From assembly GCA_030141605.1 (NCBI GenBank), contig JAQGDQ010000037.1, positions 496,001-560,000 on the forward strand: a DNA stretch of 64,000 bases, written 5' to 3'. The DNA comes from Tubiluchus corallicola (lineage: Eukaryota > Animalia > Priapulida). Numbering within the stretch: the first letter of the stretch is position 1; each line of letters starts with the position of its first letter. Positions 1 to 12,905 of the stretch are shown one piece after another. The notes under the pieces are model-generated. The model worked only from the letters and a program-made list of their open reading frames with translations. It made no database searches and had not been told where the DNA came from. A program made the position numbers and the translations under genes.

Positions 1-645
1 AATACCCGTAGAACACGAGTATGTAAAAATTGTTGTTTAAATAAAGTAGAAAGTAGAGGTTGAATTGCATGTAATTACTGAATGCCCACTGTACGCTCAC
101 ATATGTTTGATACTCTAGCTGACTTTCGTACTAACTTTTAATACGTTTCCTAATGAGAAATTTGTGTTTTTAAATTCGTAACAAGATGTAGAGAAGTTGT
201 AAAACATTAATGCTAGATTCGTCCAGAAGATCTTTGAAATCTGACAGACTTAACTCACAGCAAATATGACTGATTAAGAGCAATAATTGTAAAATAATAA
301 GTCTATGATATCAAGACTGTTTATATGTATATATGTTGTTTTGTTGTGTGTGTTTGTGTGCTTGAACCATTATACCACACAACAAAACAACATATATACA
401 TATAAACAGTCTTGATATCATAGACTTATTATTTTACAATTATTGCTCTTAATCAGTCATATTTGCTGTGAGTTAAGTCTGTCAGATTTCAAAGATCTTC
501 TGGACGAATCTAGCATTAATGTTTTACAACTACAATTAATGTTTTACAATTAATGTTTCTGTACGTTATTGTAGTCTGTTCTTTTTTATGTCTAGTGTAT
601 GCGGTTTTTTCTCTTTTGTGTTCTGTTATTCAATAAACAACAATT
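1..645 (+). mobile_element. Decayed 3' end of a non-LTR retrotransposon (L2/Crack-like ORF2 C-terminal CCHC region plus 3' UTR)
   Basis: A frameshifted translation of 1-95 reads VCKNCCLNKVE...ELHVITECPLY, matching the CxxC...E.H..C..Y finger at the end of LINE ORF2. An AT-rich tail with AATAAA follows near 632. Confidence 0.6.
195..531. repeat. Perfect 156-bp inverted repeat (arms 195-350 and 376-531, 25-nt spacer)
   Basis: Checked base by base: 376-531 is the exact reverse complement of 195-350. Confidence 0.97.
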
Positions 646-2084
646 AACAGAATAACTGCTATATCTTTAAGGAATGTTACATGAAGTCACAAAATCACTG
701 CTTTCATCGCGTAATTATAATATTAATATTAATGGTGTATTTGTATTACATTGGACTTAGTAAAATGTCCACAGTACAATAGGCCTAGCCACGGCCAATT
801 AGCGTCGTTGCGTTTGCAGTCTGTTTTCGTTGTCTTTGTTCTTGAAATGGAGTACATTGCAAACAGTATGCAATGCGCACTTTAGTTAATTAACAAAGAG
901 TAACAAAGCCATACGATACGCACCCTTGTTCATTTTGACTGAGAATAAATATTTACGTAATACATTGGCAAAACTCATGTTTGTCCTACGGCTTCTATTA
1001 ACTGTAAATTTGTCAATTGAACAATGAAATTTACATTTGCGTTAAGATTCTCCGCGTCAAACACAAACGATTAGCGGGTCAAAGTCAATTTAAATCTAAA
1101 TTAAATATTAATGTTGCTTGATCGTTTATTTGGTGAATAATAATAGATACACGATGCGACCCCGTGGTATCAATTACTTCAAAAGGTAGCTAGCAATTTC
1201 TTCTTTTATTTGTAACATAACAGATATTTTACATATCTACAAAATATAACAAGGAGTAGTTAGTATACATATATAAAAAAGAAAGAAATTGGTATGCATA
1301 AAGTAAACAATTTATAAAAATGACGAAATGCATAAAAATGTCGTTCATTTTCACTTATCCTTCACAGATAAACTTGTAAACACATACTGAAAGCATTAAT
1401 CACTAGCTTTTTAACATTCACGGTACCAAACCAAGATAAATCATACTTTCTTTATAAGTGACAATGACTATCGTTAGTTAAATACAGCATTAATAGGACA
1501 TTATCGATGCTCATGTTTTGAATTTTGTTTTAAAAAATTAATATTTTACAATCAGTTAGAAAGTATGCAAGCATAGTAGGCCTACCACAGTAATTCATTA
1601 AAATTTTGACACTGTCAATAAGTCTATAATTAAAAATCTTTTAAAATATTTTCTTGCTCGAGCGATAATGAATTAACTTCTACTGCATACAACAGAATTG
1701 GAAATAAGCTATGATTACGTATAATATTATATTGATTAATTATTAAATTCCCACAAGAAGGTTTGCACACCCTTGTATTTAAACATTATGCAGATGCAAC
1801 TACAAGTTACATACACTGTATTAACTTCTATTAACGTCAAGAAATAGCGGTACTCCAAATAGCTTTCGTTTTGGTGATAAATAAATCGCAAGTTACAATA
1901 AAAATGTTTTAGCTGATTAAACGCAACTAGCTTGAAGCATGTTAAAGATTCAGAGCAACACTTTGTTCACTAAGTATCCATCAATCGTCTCAAACAAATG
2001 CCTTTGTGTTGCGCTTTAATTATGAAATGTGTTTCATCCGTAGCTTTGTTAGACGAGAGAATGAAAAATTAACGAATTAGGAAA

Positions 2085-2115
2085 GGGAGAGAGGAGAGAG
2101 AAGAGAGAAAGAGAG

Positions 2116-2163
<48 letters not shown>

Positions 2164-2222
2164 GAAGGGGAGAGAGCGGGAGAAAGAAAGACAGGGAGAG
2201 AGAAAGAGAGCAGAGGGAGCAA
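2085..2222 (+). repeat. (GA)n microsatellite / polypurine tract
   Basis: A pure (GA)n core at 2118-2157 sits within a longer purine-rich stretch. Confidence 0.95.
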
Positions 2223-2229
2223 GATGAGG

Positions 2230-2350
2230 AGGAACCGGAAGATGGTGACGTGTACATAATGGAAGCTAATCAGGGTGAATAGCCGAGTGGTTTCGCGCGT
2301 GGCGACTGAAGTTAAAAAAGACAAACCGAGGTTGGTCAGTAAAAGTATGC
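2230..2350 (+). promoter_or_regulatory. Candidate CpG-rich promoter / first exon
   Basis: CCGGAAG (ETS-type) at 2235-2241, TGACGT (CRE-like) at 2246-2251 and TTTCGCGC (E2F-type) at 2291-2298 cluster directly after the GA tract. Confidence 0.35.
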
Positions 2351-3899
2351 GTGACCATGTTCAAGCTTGCTTTGGAAATTTCATTCGCCGTGCTGATTCT
2401 TGCTGTTTACCTAGCATTATTACTAACCACTTACAAACAAAAAAATCTAATTAGTACTATTTTGACCACACTATAAAACGCTCAGATTTTTTGAAATTTC
2501 TTGATCATTTCAATTCAATTTGCCGTCTTTGAAACATGCAGCATCATCTTCAAATATCTGGTTATTTTCCCATTTTTAAAGTCTGTTATGCTAGTAGTTC
2601 ATTAGAGTAGAGCATGTTGTATTTTGTTTTTGCATAAGCTATGCATACTTTTGTAAACACTATTCGACATAGACCAATTTATGGTTGGAGATTGGGCTGT
2701 AAACGTATTGTGACTGACACACAGTGCAATATTACAGATAAACTATTTCTTATGATCCATAATACTTATACAAGCATCATTGTTATCATTGTGCGTTGAC
2801 AGAGAAATCAGTTGTGGCTGGACAATTTACTGGAAGAGCGGAAAGCAAACAGAATTTAGAGAAGCTTTGAGTTCAATCTAAACATAGTCACCAGTCCAAA
2901 CACTGGCGGCGGTGATTTTGCCCTATCCGCCCGAGAATAGGCCATTTGTAAGCACAAATATTGTTGTAATTACGGCAACAATTAGGATACAGTTTTGTTA
3001 GTTGAAAGCTATTTCTCTTTAGGAAACCACTGAAGGCTATGTTTATACAAGCTGGGAAGCCATAGCGAAAGAGAAATTTTCTAAACTGCGTCATTATGCG
3101 AAGCCATGCAAAGCTTTTGTTAAATTCCTTGGTGACTTTCATTAAAAAAACTGTCAGTTCTTAAAACAAAATTTTGCATTCATGCCAAACATAACGCCAT
3201 ATCAGATGTCGGACAAGCGTAAGGCTGAGATCTGCAGTGCTTCATATCAGACGACTTATATTAATTTTTTTGTCAGTTCCCTACAAATTACAGAATCTCG
3301 ACTTTTATGATGTGAAACAGCAGAGTGTGTGTGAATAATATTTCTCCAACGTTGTGACTATAACGAATGTTTTTTTACAGTATGTGCTGCGTACAGTTGT
3401 ATTTAGAACAGCTTTTTATTGTCTGGTATAAATGTATCAATATATAAATTTTTATTTTTTATGTAACTTTTATACTGAAATAAAAGAACTCGAATCAAAA
3501 TATTTTTCGACTTTTTTATTTGTTCCTTGTGTCAAAGTATCAAACTTAAAATGTGAATAATCGTCATTAACTGCGCTCATAGCAGGTGTTAAAGATACAT
3601 TACTTGGGTCTGCTTATTACTTTGGGAAGAGCTGTAATAGTTGCAATTGCAGTTGTAATAGTTGAAATCACAGCAATCCTAAAATACAGTAATAATTGCA
3701 ATTTTCTCCATTTCTAACTTTATATATTTTTTCACTAAAAATATTAATTAATTTCAGTTTAAGGGTTTTATCACAATCAGCATATAGTCACTTGCCAATT
3801 ACTTTTTTTTCGGTCTTTCACTTCTCATATATATATATATATATATACATATAGAGGGCTTCATTCATTGTATCATTCACGTCTTTTATAATTGTATGC

Positions 3900-4200
3900 A
3901 TTCACTACATAACACTATTTCTCTTTATTTATACTTATACTGCTTGTATTTCATTTACTCGTCCTACAACACATCTCCATTTATTTTAAAGATTGTTTTC
4001 CAAAGTACAATATTGTAAAATTGCGCATTCTTTGGTAAAGTAGGCTGAATAAAATTCTGAGCCTATTAATGGAACGTGTTGTATACGTGTAATAAGATTT
4101 ATAATGTGTTGTGAAAAAACAATCTTGAATATTGAAAACAGTGAGAACCTCAGTGCAGAGCAGTGTGAGATTCAACCCTGTATGCGCACTCAAACTCGTT
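3900..4200 (-). mobile_element. Decayed L2/CR1-type LINE 3' ORF2 fragment
   Basis: ORF 3981-4193 contains YYTYTTRSINRLRI...FTILYFGKQ, resembling the 'H.Y.TR......I.Y.G..LWN' LINE C-terminus. Confidence 0.4.
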
Positions 4201-7200
4201 ATAATAGAAATTATGGCCCCTGCTGCTTATCATAATAACTACATGAAGTATTGAGCATTGTCAATATTGTACACGGTGCCATTACCATGTGCTTGTTATG
4301 AACAGACCACCTGCCCTGCTATTAACAAGTAGCACTAGTGCAGCTATCACTCAGCCAATTGAGGCTCTTAATTTGAGGTGACATGAATCAAACAGTTCTA
4401 ACGCTTTAAATAATTGCTGGTGGTTTTGCGGCAGAAAAATTATTTTGAGCAAATATGTAACCAGCGGCCAGCAATTATACTTTTTCATTTGCGAAGTTCA
4501 TCAGCATTTACTTATAGCTATAAACAGACTCAGAAATTTCATCTTTTGTGTAATTAAAATTGAACATATTATGATATGAAAGACAGATTTTACATGAGTT
4601 AATTATGTACACTCTATAGAGATCAGTGAACTGAAACAGAAACGGAATTGTACATCACGTTTTCATAGTTTTTGTGAACAAATAGTAGGTAAAGTCCACC
4701 TAATACTGTGATCATAACGGCTTTAGCGAGTATGTTCTGTCTTTGATTTAAATATCGTATTCAATTTGCATTATTGTGTTGTTACTAAGATTTTATTGTG
4801 TTAGATATTTATGTATTTGTATTTTTCGTAGTCAGTGCTTTTACAGTGTTTACCCAGTAAATATTAAATATTAAATGCACGACGATTTGTTTAAATAAGA
4901 AGGACCGTGCATAAAATTTTCAGGAATTGCTTAACTTTTTAATTATTTTATTTAAATATTGTAGATGCGTCAACAAAATTCACACTTGCTTAGTAAAACT
5001 GACTAGCAGAATAAAGAATTATTGATATCTGAATGACAATGTGGCCTATGTTATATGAATTTGAAACATTTTTTTAATATTTGATACTTCGGTATTATGA
5101 CGCTAAGATCCTAAGGGTAGTGCAAAGTACGAAAATTACAGGGCCTATGTGGCCTATATCAGTGACGCACTTTGCATAACACGCGTGCATTGTATGGAAT
5201 ACGGAAGGCTATATTTTGATAAAAGGATGTTTGTTGTGATTCAATGATTCACTTTGATGTTGCTACGAGCCATTATTTGCAGTTGCATAACCTGCGCTAC
5301 CTGCAAACATGTGGCTTTGATGTCGGCGCGGCCGGGAAAATTTTCTTAGTTCTTTTGAGACAATCTTTGGTATTCGTGAAAGGCGCTCGACAATGGCGGG
5401 TGCATTTCAGATAAAGATGACACAACATTAATTCACGCGTTTCTTTGAGTTTCTTTGAAGCCGCTGAAGTATCAATCTTTTCTTGAGTGCCAAACATTAA
5501 TGCTTATGACACGTAGCGCCTTCGGAAATCAATTATGAGCTGCTGCTATGAGTTGGAAGCCACAAAAGCCTCAAACAAGCGCCTGTGTTCTGGAAACAAT
5601 GATCCCCGCATGTGCATATTCACCGCTGCGTCATCGTAATTTTCAGTATGTTAATGCAAGCATAATAATAATTATAATAATCAGCCTCGGAATATGCTAT
5701 GATCAGTTGATCACATTCATACTTGAATCAAACAACTGTCTTTAATCTACACAAGTACACGGCTTTCTTTTGAGCAAAAAAGATCTATAGAAAGACAGCG
5801 CATTGTCTGTGATTGTATGGTCTAATCTCTGTGACATTGTGCGTTGTTAGATTAATACTGCTCGGCAGAAAGATGGTGCAATATTACTAATAGAGTAGTT
5901 AACAATGCACTGAATAGAAACCATGTTTGTGTCATAGCTTGAGAGACCTTTTAACTTTTCAAGCAGTCACAAAAGCTTTTGTTAATGAAAAGAAAGCCAG
6001 ATTCAGAGACGTGCTTCAGTGAGCTCACTCCCCTGCAGTGTTCTTGGTTGTAATCAACAATGCTGTTTTTGTCGTCCCTTTCCACACTGCAGCAGCAATT
6101 TCTTCGTCACCTTCTCAGCGTGGCTTCCCAAACCGCGTTTATTTTCTCTTCTCATTTAGTTTGAAGTGGAGCGAATACTTGCTATCACATTCTTCTCTAA
6201 TCTCTTTGATTTTCAATGACTGTGAAACGAAGCCAAGTTTTTCATACACCCAAGAATTTACAAACGTTTACACATATTTGAGAAACGGCATTTGTGATGG
6301 TGTGGGATAGGGAGGACGCGTAAACACTGCATTAGCAAGGAAGAAAACAAATGGAAGCGCCACACGTAAAAGCCCAAGAGTAACATGATTGACATTCAAT
6401 TTAAAAACATATAACGGATATTATTCTCGACGATAAGAATAAGTACAATTAATAAAAAAAATCCCACAAAAAGGAAAAAGAAAAACATGGTGTTTTAACC
6501 AATCACTGTGGATTACTTTAGGTGAAGAATAAGAATGACAAAATCCCTATTTTTCGACTATTAAACAACTAATTTTTGGGTTTTGACACGTGGACTAAAA
6601 GCCATAGAATATACAGAAAGTTAAAGAATTAAAATTAACACACCCACTTAGAATGCACACACTCCACAGATAAAAAACCCCCAAACGAAAAGACAAACAA
6701 TCACAATAACATATTAGCAAAACAAAAAAGTCACATTATCACTAAGGTCAGGACATGGGAATGCATACAGTGTCAGAAAATGCTAGTCCGCTATACTTAA
6801 AAGTTATGCAAAGTAAATAAAAACGTATTTTTTATATTTTGTTTACGATAATAATAATTCTTATTTAATTTGTTTTTTAAAATCCTTCCGTTTTTTACCA
6901 TCACAAATCCAAAATTAACGACATTTGCGAAAGAAAGGAGTTATCACACCATTGTCACTGAGCAGTGAGAAACCAACAGGAACCGCGTCCCTGCGGTTCA
7001 TAAGGAATTGTGGCTTGTGGCGTATGGCTGTGAGTGCTGCAAATGGTGGCAATACTAGATCTTAAGATGTCTTTTTAAAATGATTCTTTATTCAAAATGT
7101 CTCATGTTATATCGATTTCTATCCTTTCAGATGTTTCCGTTTAATGAGGACAGCGTTTCCTGAAATTCCTTATGTGATTAACATTTCTTTGTTACAGTCT

Positions 7201-10200
7201 TGAGAAAGAGGTTTTTCTAAGCCTAAAACAAAATTCTTCCTTTCCGCTGACCAGGATAGTGTGTAGGTACTATATTAAACGAAGTTACGTATCGAAATTT
7301 CCCTAAGCCATGCCTCCTGCCCCTGCCACTGAATGTCGCTGACTTTGACATATAGAATATAAGGTACCATAGACAGGACCACTCATTGTGATCGTTTGGA
7401 CTAATCAAATTATGCCCCCTCCTTAGACGAGGCCAACCGCTAATTCGCCCGCACCCGTCTTGAACATTTTATCTCAGATAAAAGGCTTCATACACAGGCC
7501 CCTTATCTCAACTAAGGGGCCTGAAACAAGGATCCTCTATCACAAATAAAAGGCCTTAAACTGGGGCCCTTTATCTCAAATACGGGGCCACTTTTTTAAA
7601 ACTGAAATTTCAGACTCTCGTGCCTCCTTTTTTTCTAGTTGAAATTTTATTTTAAGTTAAATGGATTTTAGCGGGACCACTCAAGTTTGAGGGGCCCTAG
7701 GCTACAGCCTGTACTAGCCCATAGGATAATTCAACACTGACCTTAGATTTCTGTGAATATATCCAACTGGACTGTGTTCGTCAGTCTTCTCACAAAAAAG
7801 AGGGTCTGGGTAAAGTTCCACTAAATCGGTAACTAAAATTTTCGATATTGAAATGCGGTAAACTCGAAATGTACTTAAAATTGAAATCTAGTTCACGACT
7901 AAGGACAATTGTCCAAGATGAATGAGACAGAAGTGTCTTAGCTGCGTCTTTTGGCCCATCCGTCAGTATCATCGATCAAACATTTATTAATTTTTGTAGC
8001 TGTTTGATCGTTGGGTGGCTCACACGACCGGTGATGCCTCATCTTGGTGGGTTTCCCACCCAGATTTTGGTTGATCTGTTTCAACTTGTAAAATGTTGCA
8101 ATCATGATTTTGAATAAAGATAAAGGTAAATGACAAAAGTTGCGTTTGAGTGTGTCAACATGTTCGCTTAACGAAAGGAATAACAACTAGGAGGCTGCTT
8201 TTCATCCAGTTACCAAAGCAACCTGACGTTACTTAACTTCACAGCCAAACACACACCGTGAGCTCACAGCCATTGCCTTACCTCGATAGTACGAAAATTG
8301 TTTGTAAGATTTATAAACCTATTTTAATTCAACTCCTTGCGAGAGCATAGTGAATCTTTCTTTCAACTATTATGGTTTTCATTATGTGCGGCTTTTCATC
8401 TATCAGCTTATAAATTGATTGTAGTTGCGTCCAGTACACCTGCTTCCAATACTTTCCAATCCTTCATCACAATATCAAAAGTTGATCCGGCGGGGGATAA
8501 TAGGTATAATACCCGTTGCTCTGAGATTTCTTCCATTTAATAATCGTACATTATCCAGGCTTATTATACTGAAAACCTTGTGATGTGCCTCGCATAGCGG
8601 GGCTTTAACGAACACTAATACGTGTTATGAAATTAATTATTGAACAACTGCAACTTGTAATTAGCCTATGCACCTGGTCCAAAAGACGGTATTTCGCAAT
8701 AATACAACTACAACACGCAAACAGAAATGTAAATTGTTATATGCCTTCTTATTAGGCGCCATTGCAATAAAAGCAGGTGACATACGAATACCAAGAAATT
8801 TTGCATCAGAAATTATAAAAAAGTTTTTGTGTTTTTATTTCCAAGGCGGATATAGATAGATTGAAAGATACATTGCAAAAAGTAAAACAGCATAACAATG
8901 CTTCACAGTCGTTGAAGGGGACTAAATAAACATTCCAGGATTTTGCTTTTTGTTGAGACTGCTTGCTAACGGTAAGCTCACAAGAAAAAGCTGATGAAGA
9001 AAAACAAAGAACAAGGAGTACATCTAGTCCCATTACACTCATTGAATGTAAAGTTGGAAAATGTAAATTAAAATTTAAAAATCCTAAAAACTGAAGAAGA
9101 AAAGCAACATAACAAGAAAATAGGTGATGGTGACGATGATGATGATGAAGTGAAAAAACAGATCGAGTCCCGAATACATTCACCGAATGGGAGGGGGAGT
9201 GAGAAAATCTGATTTTTAATTAATTGTTACGAAAATCGTAAAATGCAACTGACGTCTGCAATAAAATAAAATCAGCAGACGTTCAAAATCAGAACTTTTA
9301 CCAATTGTATATAGTCTTAGGGCCTATTTGCACGGTGTCCTTAGTCTGTTTAACGATTCTTATACATTGTACATTCACGCGTGATATAAGGCTCGCTTAC
9401 CCTAGGGTAAATTTTGAAACGTTGTTAGATTTTTCCAGCAATGAAAACTGCTTTGCTGTTTGTTTTAAAATTTTAGAGCATTTCAAATCGGTTATAGTCA
9501 TAGTTAGTGATGTAATGTTAATTTAACCGATTGTAATGAATTAGATACGGTTACTTATTTGTTTTATAATTTTCCATTTAGGGTAATTTTTTCTTGATTG
9601 AAGAATATATTTTTTGCTAATAGCGCAAGTTCAATTATAGCCAACAATGTGAAGACGGAGTACTACTGAAATGTGCCCTAATTATGTCTGTGATCACATT
9701 GGAAGGAATGTAAATACTATATGTTGGACTTTTTCAGTCAACAAACTGCTACCGATAGGTATAGACTATTTAGTCAGTATTACTTATATTAGCAACGGCA
9801 GCTATGCAGCATAAAAAGATCACTGACGTAACAACAGTGGCCTATCTGTCCTGGAGCTTTCCTAGATTACAACAGCCAAAGTGGGCTTTGGAATCACACC
9901 GTGGTCTTTGAAACACAGTACTGAAGGCTCTCTTACATAACATAACATAATGAGCTTCATACACATATTTTTTCGTACACGTTGGGGAAATTTTTTGCCA
10001 AATCGGTCGGATTAGTCCCGGAAAACGTTTCCCATGAAATTTCTATAACCAATTCAATCAGTTTATTGCACAAATATCTTCCACTACATTGGCAATATAC
10101 ATAGGAAATGCAAGAAATACATTTTATAATTATATAAAAATGTAAATATGACAAAGTGCAAAAAAACATTCTAGCACAATGACACAAGATTATACTATAT

Positions 10201-12905
10201 TACTATGATGCAAAAACTAGCATCACCAAAAAATTTCAAATGATAATAGTGCCTATAACTGCTAATTAAAAAAATAACTGCTAGTCAACCAGCCTTAACT
10301 AGACGATCCGATTGTTACCGACTCGATCCTAGTCAAGATCCCATTATCTCAAACCAAGGAGTGCAAACTCCTGAAAAACAAGTAAAATCTCACTGAAAAA
10401 ACAATAACCCAATTTCTATTTCAGATACCCTTTGTGGCTTCGTTCGAAAACTTATCCATCAATTAGATAACACTACAGATTGAGATACTTTATTGAAATT
10501 TTGATGTATCACGAAATGACTTTTTATGTCAAAAATGGTAAACTGATAGACATCTCTAACCATGGAAAATTGTACATCCCCTGATCCATCCAACCATACT
10601 GTTCGACTAAACCACTTTGTGCATTATCTTGCGTCACATACACTACATTATTATAATTACATTGATAATTGACGTCTAACATAATTGCAATCATTTTCGT
10701 TGACTGCCCAATCAGCATGCAAGTTATTTCACACACCCTTGCAACTGTTACGTTCGGGACATTTAGCTACAGCTCCGTCTAACACTGTTATCGAAAAATG
10801 CTCACCTTTTCATCAGTTAGCGGGAGAAATGTTGGCCTGGTTCTAGATTTTATTATTGTCAATTGAAATTGCAAGTGAATTGGTGGAAATATATAGTCTG
10901 GTTTCGTTTATAGCAAGAAATGCACAACGCTTACGTCTATGAGTTGCTGATTAAACCATTTTGCAATCAGGAAAATACGCAGTTTAGTTTAATTTATGAC
11001 TTTGCAAGTAAGACAAAAACAACTATTTGATTAACATTAAATAAGGACAAAACAAAATGTTTTCTTTTCTGGCCAGTTTTTATAAACCTCAATGAGATTT
11101 TCACAGTCAAAATTAATTCAAATGTGGCAAAGACTTATAATATACATCAATGCAATATTAGCTAATTTCACGCTATTATTCTGGTTATAATCAAGGTTAA
11201 AAGATGCCATTGGGACTTATGTGAGTCGGGCATTCAATACAAGGGTGGTCTATGGAATGGAACAGTCAAATTTATCCCATTTCGTAGCCTGACAAACGGA
11301 AATATACAAAAACCTTAATAAATCTTGCAGACAAGCACATGATTAATATAGAAAAACACATGACAAGCTTGATGTTCGTATGTTTAAAGGCAAGAGAGAC
11401 TTAATATTTTTGTTGGCCATTTATTGTAAAACAAGGCTAACTGGCTTAGTTTCTTTATTAGATTTATGTCTCTGCATTTTGTAGTGCTTTGAAACTTCGT
11501 CTTTACATTCTGTCTAAATTGAAGTCATTTTTTTGGCTACTTGAAGTGTTAATTTCGTGTTAAAATAGCTGCTGCTCTGCAAATCTGTTCATGAAAAAGA
11601 ACAAACGGTTTATCTGCTGAGTGTACATTAGTTGTGACTATCATGTTGTTTAGTTTAGTTTAAATTAGCTTAGATAGTTGTTGTCCTGCGTGAGCTGTTG
11701 TCCCGAATGCTGCCGAGCATGCTTACGTTGCAGCGTGCGCGGAGCGGTAAACTAATGTGTTTGACGTCAATTATGTTAGATGTGTTAAATGAGTCATGGG
11801 AATGTAAAAAACTTGCATTTGGTCACACTGGCCTGATCAGAAAAAAGAAACAAAGACAAGATTTATTTAACAATACTGATTTTTACAAGATGGTATAACT
11901 AATCAAAACTAATTATCGGTGTAAGTAAAAAAATGCGCAAACAATTTTTGTTTAATTTTACATGTTAGTCAGCATAAAATATATAACAATTTCAGACATA
12001 CAATAAATAGTAAAAGGCAACATAAAAACAAATACTGGAAAGCTAGATTTGAACAATCAAATTCAAGATTCATGTAATTATTCTTGAGTCAAGTGAATGC
12101 GTATGAACTGGTTATAATTAATAATAACAAAGATTCATTTTCAATATTCAACAGTATAGACCATCAATGGATAAAAAGGAAGCTAAAGCTAAGTAAACTG
12201 CATAATTAGAAAAAAATAAAAATCACTAGATCTTATCAATGCATAAAAACAACCAAAAAGTAAGTTCATTAATAAACGAGCACCACGCATGATGCAATGA
12301 CAAGTATCAGAGTGCATCTTGACTTGTGCAAATGATTCTTATTCTATCTGATTGAAACTGTAAGGAATTTCTGACAGTATTGAATTTCATAGTTAGCACC
12401 AAAAGAAAAACTTTGTGTTATTAAATTTGACCAAAAAATCAACGAACGGTAACAAAAAAATATTTCAATCGTTAATAATTAAAATATACACTAACAATTC
12501 TTTTTGTTTTATTAACAAAATTTTAATATGAATAAATACTAATTGCAAATGCAAAACACGATTAAACAAATTTCAGCAAATTATGTTGCAATTGAAAAAA
12601 CATTTGTGCCTATGTATATTTACATCTATGTTTCTGTCTATTTCTATTTATGTCTTATATATATTTATAATTCACATAATTCATACAGTACAATACAACA
12701 CACGTTTGAAATTGTAGTCCTCTGAAAAACATTGCAATGAAAGTGAAACTACAATCTTCTGTTTCTTTAGTTGTCAAATAACAATAATAATTTATCCACA
12801 GTTAACTAATATGATTGGTTTTCTTCGGCCAATTGATATAAAAACTTGTTTACAAATCATATGACATCCTATGATAAAATGACAATCTTGACACAGCTGA
12901 AATTA

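Noticed and set aside
2049-2324. 91-aa and 62-aa S/L-rich minus-strand ORFs
   Set aside because: They are translations of the (GA)n microsatellite.
5297-6310. CpG-containing ORFs with faint hAT-dimerisation or THAP-like words
   Set aside because: The motifs are too weak and frameshifted to assign; probably an old transposon relic.
7790-8540. Short ORFs with TDG, vaguely RNase H-like
   Set aside because: No coherent motif order, no splice structure.
8846-8929. Possible exon ADIDRLKDTLQKVKQ... considered as a displaced Mad1 coiled-coil exon
   Set aside because: Wrong strand, beyond the MAD1L1 stop codon, ends in an in-frame stop, and has no recognisable Mad1 similarity.
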